In this document: piece by piece, positions 22,466-35,565 of the stretch
How positions within the stretch are numbered: the first letter of the stretch is position 1
Layout of the letters: each line of letters starts with the position of its first letter
Sequence record: PP793740.1
Direction: 5' to 3' (one strand)
Length of the DNA stretch: 64,000 nt
Translations under genes and position numbers: made by a program
Notes under the pieces: model-generated
Told to the model about the DNA's origin: nothing
Database searches by the model: none
What the model saw: only the letters and a program-made list of their open reading frames with translations

Positions 22466-23788
22466 TTACCTTACCTGGGAGGGATTATTTACTTGTTCTT
22501 GCGTAGGTCTTTGAATTGGACGCTGGTAAGCTTTTAATTCTAACTCGGTCACGAATACTAGTCGACCCATTACTCTGACTAAACCAGCAAGAGCATTACT
22601 AAAATCTGTTACAACGCGACTTACATTATTGATCATTAATGTAATTGAATTAATGATATTTGAGATAGCAGGGATGCCATCAGGTGCATCAGGATCTTGA
22701 ACTTTTGCTTGACGATTTCGCATATTAGATTGTTGTGCCCGAATCCTACCAGCTTGTTGACGATTAGTCTCGGCTAACTGCATTAACCTACCAAATTCAA
22801 AATCTAGTTTAGTTGCATAATCTTTTCTAGCATCTATACGTTTAGCCATTTCGCTTAATAATACTAACCGTCTTCCAATTGAACTCGTATCATTAACCTT
22901 AAAGGTATTGTTACCTTCAGGTGCATCCTTCATAGTAGGAATAGTATAAAACTTAAAGGCAAAATCACGGACAGTATTTACTAAAAAATCCCAATCCCTG
23001 ATCTCTTCAGTCTGTGTTTCAGTTGGCCCTGCGCCAAATAAAGTCTTATTACCTTGAACTGGCATACTACGATAAACTGTAGAACTTACTCTAAATCTAT
23101 CATCTTTCTTAATAGGTACTGCACCCTTCATCCAGTTCTTAACATTAAACTTACTAAAGTCTTGTGCAGCTCTATCAGTCCATTTTTCATCAAATGATAA
23201 TTTCCTAAGGATATCCGCTACAGATTGGATATACAAGAGTAGGGATTTATCATAGAAAGCTATCAAGTTGTTAACTTGCATGAGTATCGGATCAACTGTA
23301 GTCGGTTCGAATTTACCATCAATACTAAATCGTTTAGTATTTTTAAATTTTAATTCTTGCTTAAATGGCTCATGCTTAATATTTTCAGCTCTTTCTAAAA
23401 GCATGTTTATTCGTTCAAGAGTACGTTGATTACCTTGTGTAATAACACGTGCATACTCTTTTAACTCATCTCGATGCTTTGCTTGGGATTTTTTCATTTC
23501 ATCCCAGGTATTTCGTGCTGTCTTAGATAGGTCTTCTAATGACACATTCTCAGTTTTTAGAATGTGTTCACTAACAACATCTTGGTTATCTGCATATTTT
23601 TGAAATAAGCCATCGGTATAGGTTTTAACTAAAATGTCTTTTTCAGTGCATTCTAATCTACTTTGAATATCTTCAATTGATGGCAATAATTCTTTTAGAT
23701 ATCCATCGCATGTAGCGATCATATCGACGGGGCTGTCCCCGTCGATTGATTCAAGTAAGACCGAATGACTAAGTGAATTATTAGTCAT
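22466..23788 (-). CDS. Internal head protein (gp92-like)
   Basis: 440 aa; VSLED cleavage motif; synteny. Confidence 0.75.
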   Translation of the reverse strand: MTNNSLSHSVLLESIDGDSPVDMIATCDGYLKELLPSIEDIQSRLECTEKDILVKTYTDGLFQKYADNQDVVSEHILKTENVSLEDLSKTARNTWDEMKKSQAKHRDELKEYARVITQGNQRTLERINMLLERAENIKHEPFKQELKFKNTKRFSIDGKFEPTTVDPILMQVNNLIAFYDKSLLLYIQSVADILRKLSFDEKWTDRAAQDFSKFNVKNWMKGAVPIKKDDRFRVSSTVYRSMPVQGNKTLFGAGPTETQTEEIRDWDFLVNTVRDFAFKFYTIPTMKDAPEGNNTFKVNDTSSIGRRLVLLSEMAKRIDARKDYATKLDFEFGRLMQLAETNRQQAGRIRAQQSNMRNRQAKVQDPDAPDGIPAISNIINSITLMINNVSRVVTDFSNALAGLVRVMGRLVFVTELELKAYQRPIQRPTQEQVNNPSQVR

Positions 23789-23797
23789 AGATAGTCC

Positions 23798-24343
23798 TCA
23801 GTCCTTATCTATTACTTCTACAGATCCAAATAGTAGATGTAGGGTATACATTAGATCATTCATACCGTTTTTGTGTTTAACCCAATTCTGGATCATTGAA
23901 ACAGTATCTAGATCTAATTTTAACTCATTAAAGAGAGTAGCAATTTCAGCGCGCGGTTCAATGAGTTGTGCACCAGCATCTGGTTCAGTAGCTAGTAACA
24001 TTGGCCATTGGGTAATTGAAATACGTCGATGACCCGTAGCAATGTATCGAACAGTATCTAATAGGAATTGATAATTATAACTATCAATATTACTATTATT
24101 GTCCTGTAGAATAAACCAATTATAGTTTCCGCTAAAAAGACGAATAGCACAAGCTAGAACTTTCTTATGGAATTCCCAATATGCAGTTTGTGCAGGAAAG
24201 TTGGTAAAGATAAGATATAGTTCTTCAACTTGAGGATCACCGGGACGAGCAGTGAACCGTGAAATGGCCTGTTGTTGACCACCTGAGTAATTACGACCAA
24301 ATGGGCGTACAGCATTAGTTGCTGGCATATCAATGCCCTCCAT
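23798..24343 (-). CDS. Head-associated protein (gp91-like)
   Basis: 181 aa; synteny. Confidence 0.65.
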   Translation of the reverse strand: MEGIDMPATNAVRPFGRNYSGGQQQAISRFTARPGDPQVEELYLIFTNFPAQTAYWEFHKKVLACAIRLFSGNYNWFILQDNNSNIDSYNYQFLLDTVRYIATGHRRISITQWPMLLATEPDAGAQLIEPRAEIATLFNELKLDLDTVSMIQNWVKHKNGMNDLMYTLHLLFGSVEVIDKD

Positions 24344-25275
24344 TAGTGACCAAGAGATAGTAGATCACGATGGTTAGCAAAGAACTCAGATGCGCGATCT
24401 TGGATCATACCTAGGCGATAGTTATAATCAGAGATACGAATTTCATACTCTTTAATAAGCTTCTGTAGGCGTGCATCCACTTTACCATTACTTTGCATTT
24501 CCCGCATTTCTTGTAAACGTAGTTGAAGTGCAAGGAATTCTTGCTCAGCTTCTTTAAAACGTTCAACCTGATACTCAGCTAAGAACTTGCCAAATAGCAC
24601 GAACGGGTTCTGACGAGGTGAGAAGCCATCCATGTTAAGTGGATCACGTTGAGCTATAGAGAGAGCACTCACAGCTACATCATAAGTACCTTCATTGACT
24701 TCAGCACTAGATGCACGACTTAAGCGTTGTTTCAGTTCATTAGTCTTAAGACTCATTGCTGGATACAGAGTAATGAATTGCGCCATATTAGTGTATAGCC
24801 ATTCTTTCTCAGCACGAGATGATTTTAATTCTGTAGCCTTACCTAATTTCATTGCTTCTTGTGCAATTAGATTTAGTAGTAGTTTACGGCCATAACGAAT
24901 ATAGAAACTAAGACCATCAACAAAACGTAACATGTTTGCACGGTCAAAGGTTAGATTAGAGTTAGTAAACTGAATAGCAAATAAACGCCGGATTTCGCTT
25001 TCGATCATATCAAAGCTACCACGAATATTTGAAAGAGTATCCAGTACTAGTTTAATCGGTTCAGTATTAAAACTAATCGCTCGCCGTAGTTCAGTAGATA
25101 ACCGCATACCTAAATCTGATTTAAGTTGCATATTACCAAATACTTCACCTACATCGTCAATAATTGGTGCGAGAGTTGCATCATATTCTTCACGTAATGA
25201 ACGGATTTGATTTAATAGTTCACGACGTTCAGTAACTGGTGCGAGTTCACGTACATAATCAATAATTCTCATCAC
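24343..25275 (-). CDS. Inner-body protein (gp90-like)
   Basis: 310 aa; helical, coiled C-terminus; synteny. Confidence 0.75.
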   Translation of the reverse strand: MMRIIDYVRELAPVTERRELLNQIRSLREEYDATLAPIIDDVGEVFGNMQLKSDLGMRLSTELRRAISFNTEPIKLVLDTLSNIRGSFDMIESEIRRLFAIQFTNSNLTFDRANMLRFVDGLSFYIRYGRKLLLNLIAQEAMKLGKATELKSSRAEKEWLYTNMAQFITLYPAMSLKTNELKQRLSRASSAEVNEGTYDVAVSALSIAQRDPLNMDGFSPRQNPFVLFGKFLAEYQVERFKEAEQEFLALQLRLQEMREMQSNGKVDARLQKLIKEYEIRISDYNYRLGMIQDRASEFFANHRDLLSLGH

Positions 25276-25282
25276 TCAGTCC

Positions 25283-26446
25283 TTAAATATTGGTAGACAT
25301 GGTTTTATTCATCATTTTAAAGATCTCAGTGATATCCGGACCTTTATTCTTTTCAGCCATTTTAATTTCATCAAGTCGGTGAGATGTAGATAGATCAACC
25401 CCACGATGATAAATAGTTACTCGCTCATAACGGTCATCAATAACAACAAGCATCATTAGATAGCTATTGTCAAAGATCTTTTGCCGAGTGGCGAAATCAT
25501 CAATACGACCATAAAGAGAATTAGAAGCAGCTTTAAGAGTTGAAGTTGATACAATCGCGATATTTGATGCATCTGCTAATGAAACCGTACCACTGCGAAC
25601 TGATTGTTTCCAGTTGTTACGGCGACGATCGGTGATTTGTTTATAAACACCTGATTTATCATTCATTAGAATGCGATAATGTTCATCGATCATATCTTGA
25701 CCTAGAACGAAGTCACGCCAGAATTTAATTTGACCAGTTTTTACTAGAAATAGGCGATGTAGCCAAGTATCTCGTCCACCAGCACTAAAGATGTGCGCAA
25801 TAATCTGAGGACTAACAGCGGCTGGAATTAAACGGATCATAACAGGAATTTTAGCTTTCTGCTTTCCTGATTTAACATCAACGTTAACCAGCTTACCAAC
25901 GGCAAGGTTTTCAACTTCATAAATCTTTTGTGTATCACCACTAGAAATACTTTGTGCACTTGTACTTTCGTCATTCGCTTCCATTGAAGCTACCCAACGC
26001 TCATGTGAGTGTTCAGCGACGATATTTGGTAAATGCACAGGCTTCTCAAAAGACTCTAATGAAGGAAGACCATCAGAATACTCTTCGGCAGAGAATACAC
26101 TAGTGCGAGTTACACCTGTACGGTTAGGATTAATAGTATCGAATACTTTTAAAGTATCAATCTTATCCACACCTAGAAGCATATTAACAGCTTGTAGATA
26201 ATAACCAGTAAAAGACGATGAAACAAATTTCATAACGTCTTTCATGTAAGGTTGATCAACTAAGGTTTGGTCTACGATGACCAATGGTTCAACACGAGTT
26301 GGACGTGCTAGATCGGTTAGAGAAGAAATCTCTACACCATTTTTAGTGGCTTGTAGGACAGTCTGCATTAGACCACGTACACCTTGATCAGCAGCAACAG
26401 TCATCAGAGCAGAACTTACTGCTCCGGCGATTACAGGTAATGGCAT
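25283..26446 (-). CDS. Major inner-body protein (gp89-like)
   Basis: 387 aa; SAEE, SLES and SMEA sites; recalled length. Confidence 0.8.
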   Translation of the reverse strand: MPLPVIAGAVSSALMTVAADQGVRGLMQTVLQATKNGVEISSLTDLARPTRVEPLVIVDQTLVDQPYMKDVMKFVSSSFTGYYLQAVNMLLGVDKIDTLKVFDTINPNRTGVTRTSVFSAEEYSDGLPSLESFEKPVHLPNIVAEHSHERWVASMEANDESTSAQSISSGDTQKIYEVENLAVGKLVNVDVKSGKQKAKIPVMIRLIPAAVSPQIIAHIFSAGGRDTWLHRLFLVKTGQIKFWRDFVLGQDMIDEHYRILMNDKSGVYKQITDRRRNNWKQSVRSGTVSLADASNIAIVSTSTLKAASNSLYGRIDDFATRQKIFDNSYLMMLVVIDDRYERVTIYHRGVDLSTSHRLDEIKMAEKNKGPDITEIFKMMNKTMSTNI

Positions 26447-26482
26447 TTTTCTCTTCCTATATGGGTTTGCAGAGAGTTATAA

Positions 26483-30454
<3,972 letters not shown>

Positions 30455-30462
30455 GGTCATAA

Positions 30463-30482
30463 GCCCTCCCCTAGGGGAGGGC
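30463..30482. terminator. Bidirectional terminator between convergent gp87 and gp86
   Basis: GCCCTCCC-CTAG-GGGAGGGC, flanked by CATAA and TTATG. Confidence 0.75.
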
Positions 30483-30495
30483 ATTATGTTGTATT

Positions 30496-31785
30496 TTACA
30501 TTGCATAACCACGTTTAAAGTCATCGATGACTTTATCAAATCGACGCTGCCATTCGCGAATAGCATCATTGAAGCCATGGATCTTATAATCTTCACTAAC
30601 TACTTGTGCACACTTACCATAATAGTTAAGTACGCAACTAGCTGCTAGATATTGTGCTTGAGAATATTCAAACATCGTATCAGTAATACGACGCATACCT
30701 TCAAGGGAAGTGTTGATTAATTGAACAGACTCACCAATAGCATCAATAGTTTCTTGACTATAATTACGTGATAGTTGCTTTAACTTACGTAGAGTATCAC
30801 TGCTATTGCGATATGCTTTTAACAAATCATCAAGTGGTGCGACAAAACGATCTTTTAACAGATGTGAGTTTTTCCAGAAATTCTTATCAGGGAAATCTGG
30901 AATGCTTGAACGATCAGGATACACTGTAGATAGTTCATTGCACCGGGTAGCTAGTTTACCAATCTCACGGATATTAGCGATAGGCATAAGTGCACGATAA
31001 TCATCACCATTGTAATTAACATATTCAATGATAGTGCCAACTAGCTTTTCCATTGTACCTAGTTCAGTACGTGCTTCATTATTAATATTAATGATTTCTT
31101 TCTGGTAGTATACACTACCAAATGCAGCAGCATATACACGACTAGCTAGGATTTTAGGATCATCAATGATTGATTGTGCAATTGCATCAAACTTTTCTAG
31201 TAATGCATCCTTTCGATTACCTAATCGATTTTTAACTAGTAACTCTTGAAAGAGAGTACGTGCTTGATCAACTGCCCGGACAATCTTTCCATAACGAGTT
31301 GCTACAACAACATCACGCTTCTTAAAATCACTAATCCAACGCATCAGCTTAGCAAATAGTTCCATTAGTTTCTCAAACCAAGTCTTAAGAGTATTAATGA
31401 TGGTAGCCATCACTGCCTCTTGAGAAATAGTCACATTAAGAGTACTACGGGTTGGTGTAAACATAGAAGCATATTGCTCAAGTGAAGCTACTGCTTTCTT
31501 AGGAGCTTCAAACCCTTCAGTGCTCATGCGCTTAACTAATGCTCGAATACCATCAACATCTGGTTTTGATACGCCTTCAAGTTTAGTGATTGCATAAATA
31601 TCAGATAGCTGATGAATCGCTTCGACAGCTACACACATCTTAGCTAAAATTTCAGGAGCCGAGGCACTTGAAACAGTCTCTTCTTCGCCTTCAACCATCT
31701 CTGGTTGGTTCTCATCAAAGAAAAGTTTTTCCTCTTCGACATCTACTTCTTTAACATGAGACATGGGTTTAACCTCACTCATCAA
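30496..31785 (-). CDS. Virion head protein (gp86-like)
   Basis: Acidic N-terminus; STEG, SLEQ and SQEA processing-type motifs. Confidence 0.75.
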   Translation of the reverse strand: MMSEVKPMSHVKEVDVEEEKLFFDENQPEMVEGEEETVSSASAPEILAKMCVAVEAIHQLSDIYAITKLEGVSKPDVDGIRALVKRMSTEGFEAPKKAVASLEQYASMFTPTRSTLNVTISQEAVMATIINTLKTWFEKLMELFAKLMRWISDFKKRDVVVATRYGKIVRAVDQARTLFQELLVKNRLGNRKDALLEKFDAIAQSIIDDPKILASRVYAAAFGSVYYQKEIININNEARTELGTMEKLVGTIIEYVNYNGDDYRALMPIANIREIGKLATRCNELSTVYPDRSSIPDFPDKNFWKNSHLLKDRFVAPLDDLLKAYRNSSDTLRKLKQLSRNYSQETIDAIGESVQLINTSLEGMRRITDTMFEYSQAQYLAASCVLNYYGKCAQVVSEDYKIHGFNDAIREWQRRFDKVIDDFKRGYAM

Positions 31786-32224
31786 TACTACCGATTAATT
31801 GATTTAATGCATTACCCATGTCTGCTTGGATACGGTTATAATCTGAACCATTAACAACGGCAGAGACAATATTGATATCATCGACAGTTAGATAATCATT
31901 AGCGGTATCAGATGTCAGTACAGCTTTGACAAGACATGGATCAGTAATACCGTTGATAAGACTTTGGCGAATGCGAAGAATATTGTTAAAATATGTTACG
32001 GCTAGTTTAGTATCAACTGCAATATTCTCATTAACTTTACTTAAGATTTTCTTAAATTTAGCAACAGCTTTATCCTGTTGTTCATTGAAATCAAGTAAAA
32101 TCTCAAATGGAATCTGTAATGCCACCGCATTAGCTAGGAGCATTGCGCGGGTTTTACGATCAGAACCACCTAAGTTAGGCAGTTGCTTTAGAATACGGGA
32201 AAGTTCAAAACCTAATTGTTGCAT
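31775..32224 (-). CDS. Virion protein (gp85-like)
   Basis: 149 aa; synteny. Confidence 0.7.
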   Translation of the reverse strand: MQQLGFELSRILKQLPNLGGSDRKTRAMLLANAVALQIPFEILLDFNEQQDKAVAKFKKILSKVNENIAVDTKLAVTYFNNILRIRQSLINGITDPCLVKAVLTSDTANDYLTVDDINIVSAVVNGSDYNRIQADMGNALNQLIGSIDE

Positions 32225-32235
32225 GATTTTTCTCT

Positions 32236-33477
32236 CTATTTAGTTAAGCGGTAGGCTCTTACAAATAAGTCATTATTTAATAGACTTTCTAAAGTATCTT
32301 CTAATTCAGTAGCCCGTTTATCTTTACGACGCTGGGGACTAAGGAAATCTAAAATTTTATCAAAAATGGTCCACTCATTAGCTAAATCATTTATCAATGA
32401 ATCAATTACTTTAATGTCATCATCAATTCCTGGTTTTAGTGATGAGTCCTTTACCCATTTAAGTTGTGCTACTAGATCTTGTTTAATTTTCATTAAACGT
32501 TGTCGTTGTTTGTCATAACGTGAACTAATTGGATCATATCCAACTTTTAAATTACCGGCAATGATACCTAGTGTAACAGGTAAACCAATGATCATAAATA
32601 GACCTTTGAATACCTCAGCAGTAATATGGCTAGAAACAGATTTATATTCACGGTCATTATAATACCGACCTGATTTAGTTAATGCCGTTGCCAGTGGCCT
32701 TCCATAACCTAATCGAGTGGCGAATAAATCAGCTAATTGTTCATCGCGTTTACGTGATTGAACATCACCAGTTAAATGCGGACGTTGCGCTTTCTTAAAT
32801 GATGATAGAATGACTTTACGAATATTTCCTTCAGTCCTATCATTAGCAAACTTCTCATAATCGGCTGGATCAACGTTTTTCTTTAACCATGTTTCATCCA
32901 ATAATTGAATCTTATACTTATTAGCTTTCCTACCCTGTAAGATAAGTATACCTTCAGTAAGTGCATAGTTAAGATAGACGTAGTCACCCATTGTAGCCAG
33001 TGTTTCCCAACAATGCCCAATTTCATGTAATGTAATGGCAGTAGCTTCTGCTATACTAACACGGTTAATAGCCGATAATAAACCAATAGATAAACCGACC
33101 TTGTATTTAAAAGTTGAAACAGCCTCACCCGTAACTTTTAAATTTGTTAAATCAATATTAATGAATGTATTGACACCTTGCTCAGTTGCTAAAGTAACTC
33201 GATTAATATTGTCAAATTTACTACCAGTATGTCCAACTGTAAAGGATGTGTATGCACCACCCATTATACCCTGATCATCCAGGTGTGTAAACTCTATATT
33301 CATATTGAGGATCTTAGAAACATCATCACTCAGTGACCTAAAATCATTAATATCTATTCTCTGTTGATTATCTAATTTATCACGAATCTTGGTTAGATGT
33401 TCTTCGATCAATGGACCTAAGTCACGCTTAACATTCACATCTAACACTTCATTAGAGATTTCTATCGTATGTAGCAT
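32236..33477 (-). CDS. Virion protein with zincin metallopeptidase motif (gp84-like)
   Basis: TLHEIGHC (HExxH) plus DEQLADLFATRLGYG. Confidence 0.7.
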   Translation of the reverse strand: MLHTIEISNEVLDVNVKRDLGPLIEEHLTKIRDKLDNQQRIDINDFRSLSDDVSKILNMNIEFTHLDDQGIMGGAYTSFTVGHTGSKFDNINRVTLATEQGVNTFINIDLTNLKVTGEAVSTFKYKVGLSIGLLSAINRVSIAEATAITLHEIGHCWETLATMGDYVYLNYALTEGILILQGRKANKYKIQLLDETWLKKNVDPADYEKFANDRTEGNIRKVILSSFKKAQRPHLTGDVQSRKRDEQLADLFATRLGYGRPLATALTKSGRYYNDREYKSVSSHITAEVFKGLFMIIGLPVTLGIIAGNLKVGYDPISSRYDKQRQRLMKIKQDLVAQLKWVKDSSLKPGIDDDIKVIDSLINDLANEWTIFDKILDFLSPQRRKDKRATELEDTLESLLNNDLFVRAYRLTK

Positions 33478-33578
33478 TTTATATCTCTACCAGTATTAAT
33501 TTATAATCATAAAGATAAGGCTGCGTTGTATAGAATTCAATCTTATGCACTACGTATTATAAAAGAGGCGCACACAAA

Positions 33579-35093
33579 ATGTTTGAGTTATTGTTGTCTT
33601 CTGGACTAACAAATACGCCTATATATTCCGATCCTTATCCAGGTCCTAAAACACTGATAGCTGGGACAAGGGAATTAGGTTTGTATGGTGAAACAACATC
33701 TTCAGAATTATTTGGTTATGATGATGCAGCTAAATTAGTTAATATGACATTTGGAACAGTAATCAATGATGGACAACCATGGTTAAAGTTCTCTAATAAA
33801 AATGTTACTTGTTACATACCAAAGAAACCAGCTCGTAAATCAATACAAAAATCACGGCTTAATAATGCCGGACTCCGTAATGGTGACTATGAAGTTAGAT
33901 TTATGGGGAACATTTATAAATTTGGTTTATTAACAATGGCTGGTGCCACATCAGAATGGCAAAGGTTACTTTATAATGTTCACGTATCTAATTTAAATGG
34001 TGCTAACTGGCCTTATAAATTTACAGATAATGACTTAGGTATTAACCAAGCGGTCGCTGGTGGTATTAGCACTGATGGTACTACTAACTGGGGAAGAGAC
34101 CCAGGTAGTGATCCAGTTAATGACCAGCTCTATCGTGGCTACTATGCGATTGATATAACTAGCTCGTCAAGTAGTGAAACGGGTGCTGCAACCCAAGGTT
34201 GGCGTCCAGTGGTTTATGCTAGTGGTACATATCCATTCGTTAAAGATAATGTTATTAAACTTACTGATTTTGAAACTGATAACGAAATGGCAGCAGGTGC
34301 CCAAATAGGTAACTTAGTCTATTATTACGGTGGTAAGAATAATGCTAATACTGCTCTACGTACACTGAATTTAGTCACGGGTAAGTTAACAACATTACAA
34401 CCAACTGGTACGCCTATAGCAGTTAAACAATGCTCGGCTGTTGCATTTAATGGTAAAGTATATTTCTATGGTGGTGAAAGTGCCACAGATGGTGTACTTA
34501 CTAAAGATATGCAGTGTTATGATCCTGCAACTAATACATGGGAAATAAAATCACCAGGCACGATAGCTTGCCGGTATGCACGTGGAACTAGTCTTAATGG
34601 GTTAATCTACATATTAGGTGCAGCTGATACAACTGCGACAAATAATCGTGGATTTACATTAATGTACAATCCAACTACAGATACATATACCAGTGGTGCA
34701 GCATTTAATGATACTGGGGAATATACCCAAGATTATTCAGTGAGTATTTATAATAATAGCGTATGCGTTATTGGTGGTACGGTTGGTGCTGGTGTTAATA
34801 CTGGAATCATATCGTACAATCAAACCAACAATAATTGGTCCAAACCAATAACTACAGGTATACCTCTTGGTGCAGCTATTAATATACGCCCATCTGGTGA
34901 ACTTTATGTAATCGCTGGTGAAAATCAAAATAACGCACCAATTAAGTATTATGAACCACGATTAGCACGATGGATAAATTTAGGTAATTTAGAAACTGGT
35001 TTAGTGGATGCAGGTTTTGCCAATACGTTTAATAATGACGGTAAGATTTATGTTCTAAACGGTAATCAGAATTTAAAATACCAAATTAGTTAA
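33579..35093 (+). CDS. Tail-associated protein: gp83/gp131-family N-terminus plus Kelch beta-propeller
   Basis: MFELLLS.G...GPKTL.AG N-terminus; about six repeats such as VYFYGG...YDP.TN.W. Confidence 0.75.
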   Translation: MFELLLSSGLTNTPIYSDPYPGPKTLIAGTRELGLYGETTSSELFGYDDAAKLVNMTFGTVINDGQPWLKFSNKNVTCYIPKKPARKSIQKSRLNNAGLRNGDYEVRFMGNIYKFGLLTMAGATSEWQRLLYNVHVSNLNGANWPYKFTDNDLGINQAVAGGISTDGTTNWGRDPGSDPVNDQLYRGYYAIDITSSSSSETGAATQGWRPVVYASGTYPFVKDNVIKLTDFETDNEMAAGAQIGNLVYYYGGKNNANTALRTLNLVTGKLTTLQPTGTPIAVKQCSAVAFNGKVYFYGGESATDGVLTKDMQCYDPATNTWEIKSPGTIACRYARGTSLNGLIYILGAADTTATNNRGFTLMYNPTTDTYTSGAAFNDTGEYTQDYSVSIYNNSVCVIGGTVGAGVNTGIISYNQTNNNWSKPITTGIPLGAAINIRPSGELYVIAGENQNNAPIKYYEPRLARWINLGNLETGLVDAGFANTFNNDGKIYVLNGNQNLKYQIS

Positions 35094-35100
35094 CGAAATA

Positions 35101-35123
35101 AACCCTCCCGTAATGGGAGGGTT
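35101..35123. terminator. Bidirectional terminator
   Basis: AACCCTCCC-GTAAT-GGGAGGGTT followed by TTATG. Confidence 0.7.
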
Positions 35124-35196
35124 TTATGATGTGTCGAAGTTTATGTTAGCAGTAATGATCAATTGATAATATTTAATTAGGAATACCTTCCATTTT

Positions 35197-35565
35197 TTAA
35201 TATCCTTCATTAAGTAGTTCTGCTAGAGCACGTGCCTGTGAAATATCAGTAGAAGCAAAAACATCAGAAAGATAGTTATCATGTTCTTTTGCATTCTGAC
35301 GCAATTCATCCATTAGATGTTTATTAGATACCGCCCATACTTTCCACAGATTTTTATAATCATCATATTTGGGATTATACCCGTCTAGTGGTGGTTTTCC
35401 TTTACCAGCTTTCCAATGGTTGGAGTATATGCGATATCCTTTACAATCTAACTGCCAAGCTTCCTCAATTGTTCTGCCATCAGGAAGCCTTGCGTAAAGA
35501 GCCGAGAATCTTTTGTCACCAACAGATGAACATTCATATCCTCCTCGGCGCTTCCACTGATATAT
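35197..35565 (-). CDS. Unannotated 122-codon frame with no ATG/GTG/TTG at its 5' end; possibly NADAR-like; ATA start or -1 frameshift extension of the polymerase
   Basis: Hand translation IYQWKRRGGYECSSVGDKRFSALYARLPDGRTIEEAWQLDCKGY...FASTDISQARALAELLNEGY; fills the gap exactly. Confidence 0.65.
   Translation of the reverse strand: MYQWKRRGGYECSSVGDKRFSALYARLPDGRTIEEAWQLDCKGYRIYSNHWKAGKGKPPLDGYNPKYDDYKNLWKVWAVSNKHLMDELRQNAKEHDNYLSDVFASTDISQARALAELLNEGY

Noticed and set aside
35448-35537. 29-aa ORF after GAGGAGG inside the start-less frame
   Set aside because: The SD-to-ATG spacing is only 2-3 nt, and the overlapping long frame explains the sequence (RGGYE codons).
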